Notes: generated by a model from the letters alone, not told the origin. 60,530 nucleotides of DNA, filler included, from Aduncisulcus paluster (GCA_024181965.1; 5 parts of 5 records of this genome joined end to end with filler, not necessarily neighbours in it); one strand, 5' to 3'. Shown: positions 45,516-57,401, numbered from the whole stretch's first letter. A program made the numbers and translations.

Positions 45516-45988
45516 TTAAAAATGTTATTAGAATCTAATATCAAATAAATAGTGGCGAGAAAGCAACTAAAATGGTTTGACAACAGTCAATCGATTACCA
45601 ATATTTCAAAAATAAAGATCCGCTGTGAGTTCCTTGATTTTTTGAATTTGCTACACATGACAAGAACACTGTTAGAATTACAAAATGATACTCCAAGAAA
45701 TAAACACAATAAAATTTTAAATTATATAATAGAAAAATTATCTGGTTTTGCTCCTTCTACGTGACAACAGAGAGAAATCGGGAAATAATTGAAGCAAAAA
45801 CTATAAAATGACAAAAATTTGAAGATCAACAAAGCTATATCACTTTCTTTGAAGAATATATGCAAAATATATTTATTTTCCATCCAACTTCCAATAAATA
45901 GAAAAAACCGACGGAACCCATCGGTTGGGATTTCGAGTCTAAATCGACAAGAATAAAGAAAAAAATTAATATAAAGATAACCTAATTG

Positions 45989-46420
45989 TTATACTCCTTG
46001 TTTGGAATCGTCACTTTTTTTGCTGAGTTCCTTATTTCTTTCATATCGAGTGGCGATAATTTTTTCCATTACAGTCTTATTTTTAGGTTTAAGAAGCAAT
46101 GCGTCACTATAATCTTGTAAAGCTTGTATATATTGTTTTAATTTAACGTAACTATCAGCTCTTCGAATGTAAGGTTTAATATATGAGGGGTCAATTCGTA
46201 GGGCTTCGCTGGCATCTTTAATAGCTTCATCAAACTTTCCTAACTTATAATAGCACAAACTTCGATTTGAAAATGCCTCTTTTGTCTCACAATCTTCAAG
46301 ACTTTGAGTGTAGGCGATGATTGCTTTCTCATATTGTTTATCTTTAACAAATGCATTTCCTTTTTCTCTTTCTTTTAAAGCACTTTCATCAAAATCTTCA
46401 ATTATCTCAATATCTGGCAT
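45989..46420 (-). CDS. Small TPR protein (3 repeats, co-chaperone type)
   Basis: EKGNAFVK..YEKAI..YT; FSNRSLCYYKL..A..DA..AL..DP.YIK.Y.RRA. Confidence 0.88.
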   Translation of the reverse strand: MPDIEIIEDFDESALKEREKGNAFVKDKQYEKAIIAYTQSLEDCETKEAFSNRSLCYYKLGKFDEAIKDASEALRIDPSYIKPYIRRADSYVKLKQYIQALQDYSDALLLKPKNKTVMEKIIATRYERNKELSKKSDDSKQGV

Positions 46421-46519
46421 ATCCCACCTGTAGTTGCAACGAAATAGTCATCTCGAATTTTCGAAATTACTTTTTGTTTTTTCTCCCTGTCTCCAATATT
46501 AAACCAAAATATTCCTGAT

Positions 46520-46837
46520 ATGAAAGCTATTAAACCAACTGAAGAATCTCCTTTAGGTATGTAAATTGATTTTTGTGCCTTATTTTCCTATTTCTGTTTC
46601 TTATATCTTTTCAAAGCAAATGTTCAATCAATGATGGGGAAGAAAGTGAAAATATTTATGCGGGATCCAGAAACATATGAAGGTATTTTGTGTGGCTTCG
46701 ATGATTTCATGAATGTCTTGTTGGAGGATGCCACCCATATTAAGCATATGCCTGAGGGAGCCAGAAGAGAGACAAAAGGGATGAAAAAGATTTTGCTCAA
46801 TGGATTTTTAATAAGTATTATTTGCCCTATTGAATGA
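46520..46837 (+). CDS. LSM5: Sm-like protein, LSM5-like (intron 46557-46616)
   Basis: Spliced MKAIKPTEESPLANVQSMMG...GILCGFDDFMNVLLED...PEG.R...ILLNG (Sm1/Sm2; ILLNG is typical of LSm5). Confidence 0.8.
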
Positions 46838-47162
46838 TTATTGTTCGATAAGCATATTTTATTCAACCTTGCTCTCTGGGTACAATCTTTTGTTTTTCCA
46901 TTGTGCAATGCACGGCATTTTATTATTATAATTGTCCACATCATTTTATTTATCAATATTTACCTCAAAAATGTGTTCCAATGTCTTTAGCGAAACAACC
47001 TTTTTTTTGTTTCCTGGCTTGGTAATTTTCTGAATAAAATAAAAAAGAATTGATTTAATGTTATCCAATTTCTGCACTTTGCTGGCTATACAATGTCTAT
47101 TCATTCTTTTCATTAAATAACTTGAATCGTGGCTTTTCTTGTTCTCAGAGAAGGAGGCAGAA

Positions 47163-50100
47163 ATGTTAAGTCTTTTCTATGCCAATTTCTTAGAATCTCG
47201 TTATGATAATGACTTTGTATGTTTTATTAAACTGATTTACCTTTCATTATGTTAATTTGCAGTGATGTATCGTTTTTATCTCACTTTTATTTAAAATAAT
47301 CATAGGAATCATTATTTAAAGAGTTCGTTCCTTTAATATTACACGGTAATCAACTCATTTGGCCCGCTCCAAAGGTTGATGATGGAATGCGGGTGGAGTT
47401 ACCCCCGATCGGGAAAATGGATAAAATAACGGTTGACATCGATAAAAGTAAGAACGAAAAGATAATCAAACTCTCTGAAGAATTCTCCATTGCACCACAA
47501 TTGCTACTTCGACTCATCATGTTTACATTTCTCTCTAAAGATGAATCCCTTAGCGAAAAGGATGCCATTATTTGCATTCTTGAACAGTATAGCGTTGAAT
47601 CACTCCGGTCATATTTATATCCTCACGTGTTTGTTCTTAGACAGAATCTTGCCGAAACTCTGCACTCCTTTTCGGTAAAATTGATTCAAACTGGACCTTA
47701 TGAACAGAATTTACGCAAGCAAATGTTGTCGCATCGAAGCCAGTGGCAAGAAACCATTGTAAAATGTGCAAATTCGTCCCTTTCCGATTCTGAGCGTTCT
47801 CTTTATTTGAAAGCTCTTTTGAATACAATTATTGCACTTGGAACATGTGATCAATCTGTTCTTCTCAATGTTATCAGGATATCATCACGCTTTAAAGTCT
47901 TCCACGATGAATTACCCTCACCACTCCATGTCAAGGGGTTATCTGACTCCGCTTCTGTCGTATTTGCCATTGCGATCTTGTGCTTATTTCCATGTGATAG
48001 CATGCTCGATGAGACCATTGCAAAGGAAAGAGCGGATCAGCATGATCATAGTCGGATGAAATCGCATGACGAAGAGGAAGAAGAGGAGAGTTCCTCATCT
48101 GAATCGAGCATTAATGGTCAAAGAAAGTCAATATTAGAAGAGAAAGAGGCCAAGGTGCTCGAGGAAAGAGCCAAAGCAGGTCGTTCATGTGCTATTGCCA
48201 TCCTAACCCTCCTCTCTGACTCCTCTGGCTCCCTATATTCAAGTTTCTCAAGTAATAGCACTGGCCATATGCTGTGCAACTGCTTGAGGATTGTTTCTAC
48301 CACATGTGAAAAGAATTACTCCGTTTCTCATCGTAGTATTGGAGGCAAGAGGGGTAGATCGAGTCATTCACCACCATCTTCTTCTTCTTCCACAGATGAG
48401 TCACCCATTTCGTTTGAAGATTCTGTCCATTTTGATCTTCTCCCCTTCCTTTCTCTCTTTATATCCTCTCCTTACATCATTCTATCCCTTGGTGATGGAT
48501 ATCCAGCCAATGTCCACTCTTTACTAACATCTCCTGTCCAGTCATTACAAGGAGAAGACATTGAACAGTGTACATCTGCTTTATCCCGCTCTATTGCAGC
48601 CTCCATGATTGTTTTGTTGTTCAAATTAAGGTCTTTGCTCCCGTCCTCAGCTTCTTACACAGCTTCTTCCTCAGCCTCTTCCTTATCCTCTTCTTCTTCG
48701 TCTTCTTCCACTTGTGGTTCAGCTTGGTCAACCGTTCTATTCCGTGTGATTGTGCTTTCCACTGGTTCTGTTGGATCCTCTATTGATGAACTGGAGTCTC
48801 TCTTGGGACGGACTTCCTCCTCTTCAAGTTCTCACACAGTTGAAGAGGAGAAAGAGGAAGGACCACGGCAACAACAACAATCAGGAACTCACCAATTAGG
48901 AACTATGATTGGCTGCACTAAAGGATTGATTGTCTCTGATGTTTTGTTTCCAGCCGCTGAATATCCTTTCGGCATGTCTTGTGTAAACCGTATCCAACAC
49001 ACTCTCCAGTTTGTGATGGCTTGTGTGCAAAACTCTTCATCTTCTCTCGAATCTCTCTATCTTTGCATAAAATCCCTCTTACCAGAGCTTTGTACAGTAG
49101 CTTACCCAGGTCCTAGTGCAACTTCTGAAGGCTCTGACGAGATGTCTGTCAACGTTTGGTTATCTACTTGCATGAACATGTGTTCTTTACTGCTTAATAT
49201 TGGGTGTCGATGTGTTGAAGGTGTGAAAGGCCTCTCTTCTAAATCCTCATCCTATCCTGAACATACCAATAGAACAATGGATAATAGAACAATGGATGGA
49301 GCTGCAATCGTGTCATCTGGGGCCTTTGGAACCCCTATGAACCCTGGTCTTATTCATCAACAGCCCTCATCTGCTACCACAAGGTCTGCTACAAGGTCTG
49401 GATCTGCTCGCATGTCTGTTGATGATCTTGGACCATCAGACAGATATCCTTCTTCTTGCTCTTCCCAACCCAGTACTGACACGACAGATCCTCTAAGGTT
49501 CTTGTCTGGTTTTCATACTGGTGTGACAGCATTTGAGAAGTATATTGAGGTTTTCTGTTCTTCCATGAGTGTAATTTCATCCGTTCTTGATGTTTGCAGT
49601 GCTAAACGTTACAGTTCAGCCGTGACGCAACGATTCAACCCACAATCACACTCTCGCAAGCATGATTCCGGTGATTCTCTGGTTACTCCCCGTGATATAT
49701 CATCCGATATACTTAAATTGACTGGTAAAATGCTTATTATGGCTCGGAAAGAGTTGTTCGAGAAAGGGATGAGGGTTTCTGAGACAGAAGGTCGGGGTAG
49801 AACAAGGAAAAGACAGAGAGAGAGGAGAACTACAAGGACATTCATTGGTGGACAGCAACATTCCTTCACTTCTTCTTCTTCTTTTAAACCTTTCTCTTCC
49901 ACTGTGAAGCGTTCGTTTGTGAGCTCAATGTCTGGATCAACCTCCTCATCTGAATTTGATACCCCTGATCCTTCACTCGTTTCTGTGTTTTCTCTATCTT
50001 CTCTTTGTGAATCGTCCATTAATTCCGTGAGGGTCATTCAAAATGCAATGAGAAATCAGAATCTACTCGTTTCTTCAGAAGAATCGTCTGCAGACATCCC

Positions 50101-51293
50101 AGGGTTATTCGGTTCCGTGTCTCGTGTTTTGTGTGAGATTCTTATCCATGGTATTAAAAACACCCTAGATCTCTCCGATTCCTCCGTTCTTGCTCTTAAT
50201 TTGTCCCATTTGATCCAAACGTTCCCTTCCAACGTTCCCATCGATTATCCTTTATCTGTGTGGACAGTTCTCGACTCTAAACATTCCTTCTCTTCGTCCT
50301 ATGGTCTTTCACAGTGCGTTGAATCCCTGTTCAGTGTTGTTATTGAGTGTGATCGACGGATTCACTCTGAATCTTGTATTGAATTGTTGGATATTGTTGC
50401 ATCGGAACAGTCGTTGTTATGCATTAACCGGCTATGCCAAGATGAATTAAATATCATCAAACAATCAAGAGCTGCTTTGTCAAGGAAAAGAAAAGAAGAA
50501 AGATTATCTGCTTCTTCCTCCTCTTCTTCCTCCTCTTGCTCTCCTCCTGAACACACTGCTGTCGACCCTGTTGTTGATCAAAGGTCTACCACTCCTGGTG
50601 TTAGTGATATCCATGTGGGACTTGTGACATCCCCCGGGAATATATACCGTTGTCTATTGTTCTTTTTATCTAATCACAACTGTGCGCATTTACGTATTCT
50701 CTCTCAATGCTGTCTGAGTCCCGTAGTAAGAACTGGAATTCTCAAGTTATTCTCATTAATTGTCCAATATCCCCTGAACAATACTTGCTCATCGAGTCCA
50801 TCCACCATTGGTGTAACCAAAATGGCCAAGGATGAAAGTACCGTGAAATGGAAGAATATTTGTTCAGAGCTTTTCCCAAGCCTTGTGACTGGGTTTTCCT
50901 TCTCTTCAAACCAATCGTTCTTTTTATCTTCATCAATTTATCTCATCGAGTCGCTGGAAAGGGTTATATCTGCAAACTCAAAGCTCTCAGTGAGCCGTTT
51001 GTTCCCTAAAATACTCTCCACCTTCGAATACCTTTCAAACAAACAAATTGCCGCTCTCATGATCCCTGGTGACGACTCCGTTCTCCCCATTTTACACCAC
51101 GAACAACTTGCATCCTGCACCGCTCAGTGTGGAACATTGCTTGTTCGGACCATTCGGTGTGAGGAAGATGTCAAGGAAGTGTGGAATGCCTGTGAAAAAG
51201 TTGTCAAGGGATTTTGTAAGATATTAAAGAAACCCACCTTAAACCTCAAGAGAGAAACGCTTCGTGATACGCATATTAGCTCAATTTTACAGT
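47163..51293 (+). CDS. Large helical Ser-rich hypothetical protein (intron 47217-47305; 3' truncated)
   Basis: 18-codon exon + gtatgt...catag splices in frame into ORF 47387. Leu-rich helical segments separated by poly-Ser. Confidence 0.75.
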
Positions 51294-51393
51294 NNNNNNN
51301 NNNNNNNNNNNNNNNNNNNNNNNNNNNNNNNNNNNNNTTAATTAATTAANNNNNNNNNNNNNNNNNNNNNNNNNNNNNNNNNNNNNNNNNNNN
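51294..51393. other. Artificial contig linker
   Basis: 44 N + TTAATTAATTAA + 44 N. Confidence 0.98.
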
Positions 51394-51394
51394 A

Positions 51395-54271
51395 ACTAAA
51401 TTCATTAAACTCGGAGATAAGGAGATCGAGTATGATCCTAAATTTAGATTGTTCCTCCAAACAAAGATGGCGAATCCTCACTACACTCCCGAAATCCAGG
51501 CCCAGACCACTCTTGTGAACTTTACAGTTACCGAGGATGGTCTTGAAGATCAGATCCTTGCCTTGGTTGTGTCAGAGGAAAGACCTGATCTGGAACAGCA
51601 AAAGGGAGAACTTATGAGACAACAAAATGAGTTTATGATTAAGTTGAAGAAATTGGAGGATGAATTGCTTCACACTCTGTCCAACGCCAAGCAGGAAACC
51701 ATGCTTGATGATACTGCCCTTATTGAGAATCTGGAGACAACTAAGGCCACATCTATCGAGATTGCTGAGAAGGTTAAAGAAGCTCAGATTACCGAGAAGA
51801 GTATCAATGCTGCTCGTGAAATTTACAGACCTGTTGCCACGCGTTCTTCTATGCTCTATTTCCTGATGAATTCTCTTTGTTTCATCCATTCAATGTATCA
51901 GTTCTCATTGCGTGCCTTCTTGACTGTTTTCTACAAGGCTATGCGTTCTGCCTGCAAAAGTGATGATGTTAAGGCTCGTGTCGAAATTCTTATTGAGGAT
52001 ATTACTTTTGCCACATATTCTTTCGTCTCTCTTGGTCTGTTCGAAACTCATAAGATCATGTTCGTTGCTCAGATGACCATTCAAATCATGTCTCGTGAGG
52101 GAAAACTTCCTGCTGATGAGGTTGAATTCCTTCTCAAGGGTCCACAAGAGTTCGGTCAAGACAATCCTCTTAGTGACTGGTTGAGTGATAATTGTTGGTC
52201 CTTGGTGCTTGCACTTACACAGGTCAATGATACCTTTACCAAATTGGCCCAAGATATTGAAGGAAGTAGTAAGAGATGGAAGGAATGGGCTGATTGTGAG
52301 TCTCCTGAGGATGAGAAGATGCCCCAGGAGTGGAAGAACAAGACTGATCTCCAGAAACTGTGTATTATCCGTTCTATGCGTCCTGATCGTGTTCAACACG
52401 CTATGGTCAACTTTATCAGAGAAAACATGGGAAGGAAATACACTGATCCTCTTCCTTACTCATTCGCTGAGACCTACAAGGAAATGGACAAGTCTACCCC
52501 AATCTTCTTCATGCTTTCTCCTGGTGTGGATCCTCTCAAGGATGTGGAAGCCTACGCTCGTAAGCTTGGATTCACCTATGCCAATGAGAAATTCAAGGAA
52601 GTTTCCCTTGGTCAGGGTCAGGAACCTGCTGCCGAAGATGCTCTTGAGAAGACAGCCAAGAATGGAGGTTTCGTTTTCCTTGCCAACGTCCACTTGATGC
52701 AGAAATGGCTTGCTAAGCTTGAGAAGATGATGGAAAAGATTGCAACCGATGAAGAAACTCACAAGGACTTCCGTCTCTTCTTGTCTGCTGAGCCTCACGG
52801 AAACCCGTCGATTTCCTCGGTTCCTGCCGGTATTGTGCAACAGTGTATTACCGTTACAAACGAAGCTCCTCGTGGAATGAAAGCCAACATGCTCAGAGCC
52901 ATCAACAAGTTTAACAACGAGTTCCTGGAGTCTTGTACGAAAGGAAATGAATTCAAGACAATTCTTTTCACTCTGTGCTTCTTCCATGGTACCCTTCTGG
53001 AACGTCGTAAGTTCGGATCCCAGGGTTATGCTGGTGGTTCCTATCCGTTCAGTGAGGGTGATTTGACCATTTCTGCCGATATTTTGTTGAATTATCTCGA
53101 AGGTAATGCTCGTATTCCTTGGGAAGATCTGAGATATTTGTTTGGAGAGATTGTTTATGGTGGTCACATTGGAAATGATTACGATAGACGTTTGGTTTCA
53201 ACCTACCTTGACGTTCTCGTCAATCCCCAACTCTTGGAGGATATCGACCTTTGTGGTGGATTCCCTTGTCCTCCTCCTTCTTCACATGAGAAATATATTG
53301 AGTATATCCATGAAATGCTCCCTGCCGAGAGTCCCAAGATGTTCGGTCTCCATCCCAATGCCGAAATTGGTTCATTGACTGAGCAAAGTAACACAATGCT
53401 TTCCACATTGTTCGAGTTGCAACCTAAAGATGCCGCTGCTGGAGAGGGTGTTTCTCGTGAAACTATTGTAAAGCAGAAACTTGAGGATATTTTGGATCAA
53501 CTTTCTCCTAACTTTGACATGATGGACATGCTTGATAGAGTTGAGGTAAGAACCCCTTACATTTTTGTGTGTCTCCAAGAATGTGAGCGTATGAATATCC
53601 TTCTTTCTACAATTCGTAAGAGTTTGGAAGAGCTTGATCTTGGTCTTAAGGGTGATTTGACCATTAATGAAGAAATGGAAATTTTAATGAATTCCCTTGC
53701 TGCCGAAAGAGTTCCTGAGAAATGGGAGAAGGTTGCCTATCCTTCTCTGAAGGGTCTCGCTGCCTGGTTGGTTGATTTGAGAGAGCGTGTTGAGCAGCTT
53801 CAAGGCTGGAGTAGTGAGTTGTCATTACCACGTTCAGTCTGGTTGCCTGGTCTATTCAATCCTCAGTCTTTCCTTACTGCTATTTTGCAGACGACTGCCA
53901 GAAAGAACGAGTGGCCTCTTGATAGTATGATCATTAACAGTGAAGTTACTAAGAAATTCGTTGCCGATATCACTGCTCCTCCAAGAGAAGGTGCCTATGT
54001 GCACGGATTGTTCCTTGAAGGTGCCAGATGGGATACTAAACAGAACTGTTTGAAAGATCCATTCTTGAAGGAGTTGTATCCTGAAGTTCCTGTCATGTTC
54101 TTGAAGGCTGTTACAAGCGACAAGGCTGAAACTAGGGATATTTACCACTGTCCTGCTTACAAAACAAAGCAGAGAGGACCTACATTTGTATGGGAGTTTA
54201 CTCTTAAAACAAGGGTTCCCGAGAGTGTGTGGATTCTTGGTGGTGTTTGTTTGTTACTTGCCAATGATTAA
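51395..54271 (+). CDS. Axonemal dynein heavy chain, C-terminal part (outer-arm beta / DNAH9/11/17-like; 5' truncated)
   Basis: NPHYTPEIQAQTTLVNFTVT, GLEDQ, YRPVA, LSPGVDP, VSLGQGQE, LFGEIVYGGHI, FGLHPNAEI, LFNPQSFLTA, GLFLEGARWD, CPAYKTKQRGPTFVW. Confidence 0.96.
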   Translation, partial: TKFIKLGDKEIEYDPKFRLFLQTKMANPHYTPEIQAQTTLVNFTVTEDGLEDQILALVVSEERPDLEQQKGELMRQQNEFMIKLKKLEDELLHTLSNAKQETMLDDTALIENLETTKATSIEIAEKVKEAQITEKSINAAREIYRPVATRSSMLYFLMNSLCFIHSMYQFSLRAFLTVFYKAMRSACKSDDVKARVEILIEDITFATYSFVSLGLFETHKIMFVAQMTIQIMSREGKLPADEVEFLLKGPQEFGQDNPLSDWLSDNCWSLVLALTQVNDTFTKLAQDIEGSSKRWKEWADCESPEDEKMPQEWKNKTDLQKLCIIRSMRPDRVQHAMVNFIRENMGRKYTDPLPYSFAETYKEMDKSTPIFFMLSPGVDPLKDVEAYARKLGFTYANEKFKEVSLGQGQEPAAEDALEKTAKNGGFVFLANVHLMQKWLAKLEKMMEKIATDEETHKDFRLFLSAEPHGNPSISSVPAGIVQQCITVTNEAPRGMKANMLRAINKFNNEFLESCTKGNEFKTILFTLCFFHGTLLERRKFGSQGYAGGSYPFSEGDLTISADILLNYLEGNARIPWEDLRYLFGEIVYGGHIGNDYDRRLVSTYLDVLVNPQLLEDIDLCGGFPCPPPSSHEKYIEYIHEMLPAESPKMFGLHPNAEIGSLTEQSNTMLSTLFELQPKDAAAGEGVSRETIVKQKLEDILDQLSPNFDMMDMLDRVEVRTPYIFVCLQECERMNILLSTIRKSLEELDLGLKGDLTINEEMEILMNSLAAERVPEKWEKVAYPSLKGLAAWLVDLRERVEQLQGWSSELSLPRSVWLPGLFNPQSFLTAILQTTARKNEWPLDSMIINSEVTKKFVADITAPPREGAYVHGLFLEGARWDTKQNCLKDPFLKELYPEVPVMFLKAVTSDKAETRDIYHCPAYKTKQRGPTFVWEFTLKTRVPESVWILGGVCLLLAND

Positions 54272-54673
54272 TGAACATGTTGGGTGTGAAATTAATGTTT
54301 GTAAAACCTTTTGAAAAAGAGTTTTTTAGATCAACAGTTATTGCAATAAATGCTTTTTAGTCTCTATTTTCCTCCTTGCCCGATCTTTTATACATGTTGT
54401 CCTTCTGAAAAGTTTGGTCATGATCGTCATTAAATACTGAGAGTTCTTCTTTGTCAATGGACAATTGTCAGTTACAAATTGAAAATTACTTGTTAAAATC
54501 AGGGTTTATACTTCGCATTTCTATTTTTAGAAAATCTATTTTTGGAACATCAACTTCCATTTTTGGTCAAAGGTGCTTAAAATGGAGAAAAGATGTAAAA
54601 CTTTCATTTTCCTTTACGTTCAGGATATCTTCTATTATGAATAAAAACTAACATCTCCACATCATCAAGACAC

Positions 54674-55363
54674 TCACTGACTCTGATCCCAACCTTCCTC
54701 ATGCTCAACACCAGCAACACCACATCTCATTCCTTCAATGGTTCTGTGATTAGGCCTACTCCAACAATGTTGCTGTGAGCTTATTAGTTGTAAACGGTTC
54801 ATTGGGGTCGGGTACCCTGCATATCCATTCCCCCTGACAGTTCCAACAGAGCCACCATACTTCTTGCGTTGCTCACGGATAATGGCTCCAATGCTTGGAC
54901 ACTCATAGTCTTCACCAATCGTGGGAAGGAAAGGTTTGATGCATTGGACTTTTACACGAGCTTCATGCACACTCATGCGTTTGTCAACATCAAGCAGAGT
55001 GAGACCTGTGAATACTTCATTCAACACTTTATGAACAGGTTCGTACTTGCCATCCTCAATGGTCAAGAGAGATTTGAAAAGGGAAGAACTGGAGAGTTTA
55101 GGGGTCATCCCAGATGTCATCAGCTGAGAGAGTTTTGCCATGAATTGAATGCTATCAATGATCCCACGAAGAGCTGGGTGACCGAGAAATGGCGGAAGAC
55201 AGGTGAATAAAGAAAGGATAGATAATCCAAGAGAATATCCATCACTACTCTGGGTTTGAAGACCTTCCATTAACGTTTCATACGAGTTGTAAACAAGAGT
55301 TCCACAATTTGAACCGCTATCTTCTTCTCCTTCTTGAGGTGTTGTATTGACCAATCCAATGTC
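54674..55363 (-). pseudogene. Kinase C-lobe remnant paralogous to the 40486 kinase
   Basis: DIGLV...CGTLVYNSYETL...SDGYSLGLSIL...VFTGLT..D..KRMSVH.AR..VQ.IK. No glycine loop or HRD upstream, and no ATG start. Confidence 0.75.
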
Positions 55364-55521
55364 CCTAAAAAGGCGAGACCAACAAATATATTAATGTAGA
55401 TGAGTCAATTGAATCGGTCAATTCATAATCATACCAATACATCCAATACTTCGGTTGAGGAAATTCAAATAAATAAATTCTATTCTTCACACAATATTAG
55501 CATTTCATACCATTTCTTGCA

Positions 55522-56600
55522 TTATTTCCATGGAAGTAGAGATAATCGTTCAGCTGCAATGGTTTCCTCGGGCATAGTAAATACAAGGTAGGAGATGCAG
55601 AAATTTCGACTATTCTTATTATCCCTCCTTCCTTTCCCTTCAATCTCACACAATACAACATTATACAAATCAATAGGAAGGAAGTGCCATTCATATTTGT
55701 GTTTGGGTCTTGTGAATTCATACTTCTTGAATATCTTCTTACCATCACAATCAGTGAAAGTGAAGAGAAGAGAGGGTGAACTGTCATACCTATGAACACA
55801 GATATAAGCACCTTTCATTGGACTAAGTGATGTGAAAGGAATAGAAAGATGGGATAAGTAAACATAATCTTCCCCTTTTAACATTTCTTGTGCTTTTGAA
55901 CTCTGATCATACCCCTTAGATTCCTTACAAAGCGAATTATTCCTGCACTTAACCATTGAGAATAAAGGATCTACAAGCTTTGGATTATCACGTGAAATGG
56001 GAATAGATTTTCTATGTCCTTCCTTAACAAACTCTGGTTTCACAACTTGAGCTTCAGACCATAATTTCTCTCTGGCTTCACGAGATGTGATTTCTTCAGG
56101 AGTTTCTTTTCTAATGAAAACAAGGGATTTGATTCCAAAATACTCTCTCTTTCTTCCTTTCCCTGAAATCTCACACAGAACAACATCAGGGAGATCAACA
56201 GGAAGGAAATACCAATGCCAACCATAAAATCCAGGAAATTCGTATTTCTTGGATGTTTTATCGCCCTTTGAAGATGTGAGAGTGAAGATAAGATGTGATG
56301 GAGCCATAAATACTTTAGACAGATATAAGCCCCTTTCATTGGGGAAGATGAAGAGAAAGGAATGGAGATATGGGTAAAATGTCCATCATTACACTCTCCT
56401 TTCATCATCTTTTGTGCTTCAAAACTCTGATCGCATTCTTCATCATCTTTTTCCTTGGTTTCATCTAGTGCTATAATAGTTGGAAGCTCTGCATTCTTAA
56501 TATTAGGGGCATCTCCAGGAATTGGACAGCACCAAAAATTTCCTTTATGAACAAACACAGGTTCAACATTTTGATTAACAGCATCTGTGGATGAACTCAT
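55522..56600 (-). pseudogene. Two-copy ~150-aa domain gene with a frameshift near 56307
   Basis: ORF 56040-56600 follows the family to KGAYICL and then leaves it. The family sequence resumes (APSHLIFTLTSSKG..KKYEF) in ORF 55522-56307. Confidence 0.75.
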
Positions 56601-57302
56601 TTGAATAGAGATAGAATCTCTTATCTAAAAAATAAAACCAAGCAGAATAATAATAGTATTTGTGGATAAACAGAACAATTGCGAATTTCACGGAGAACAG
56701 TCCGAGAAACAAAGACAAAACTAACAAAATGAATAAGAAACGACCACATAGCACAATATAGTGAGTATAATTGAATGAATCCGGTTAAAATATTTCTTAA
56801 TATCCATCTAATAAAAGACGCAACATATAGTAAACATACGATTTGCCAAGAAATCGAAAAAATGGACTATACAAGCAACCCTTCAATAGATAAGATTGGA
56901 AATTTAAAAAAACACATATAAACGATTTCAATGCTGGTAAATGATAAAAACATGTTTTATTTTCATTTCCATGTTCATTCTCGATATCTCAGGCTTTTGG
57001 GACTCCTCAGGACTCCATATAGTTCCATTTCACGCGTTAAGAACATTTATTAACGATTTCAATGCTATTCAATAACATGGATATATTTCCATTTCATTTC
57101 TATCCTTACTAAGGATAGTATCCTTGCCTTTCTGTTCATTTTCACTTGCTTTTGCTTACAACCAAAAATATCAAGAACTCGGAATATGATGGTATACATA
57201 TGTCTGTATACTGCTACGAATCTAATCCCCTGATGCTTCATGGAACACGACATTTCCCCACAGTCAAATCCAACTCCAACTCCAACTCCAATTCCAATGC
57301 TA

Positions 57303-57401
57303 GATCCTGATTATGGTTATGGTGCCCGTGGAGCTGGCGATTCTATTCCACCTGATTCCACTCTCATATTTGATGTTGAATTATTAGAAATCAAGAAATA
57401 A
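57303..57401 (+). pseudogene. FKBP-type peptidyl-prolyl isomerase, C-terminal 32 codons only
   Basis: DPDYGYGARGAGDSIPPDSTLIFDVELLEIKK* is the canonical FKBP C-terminus. No N-terminal FKBP motifs found upstream. Confidence 0.75.

Noticed and set aside
51395-51450. Split (trans-spliced) dynein heavy chain as in Giardia
   Set aside because: The frame is open right up to the linker, so the contig end explains the truncation.
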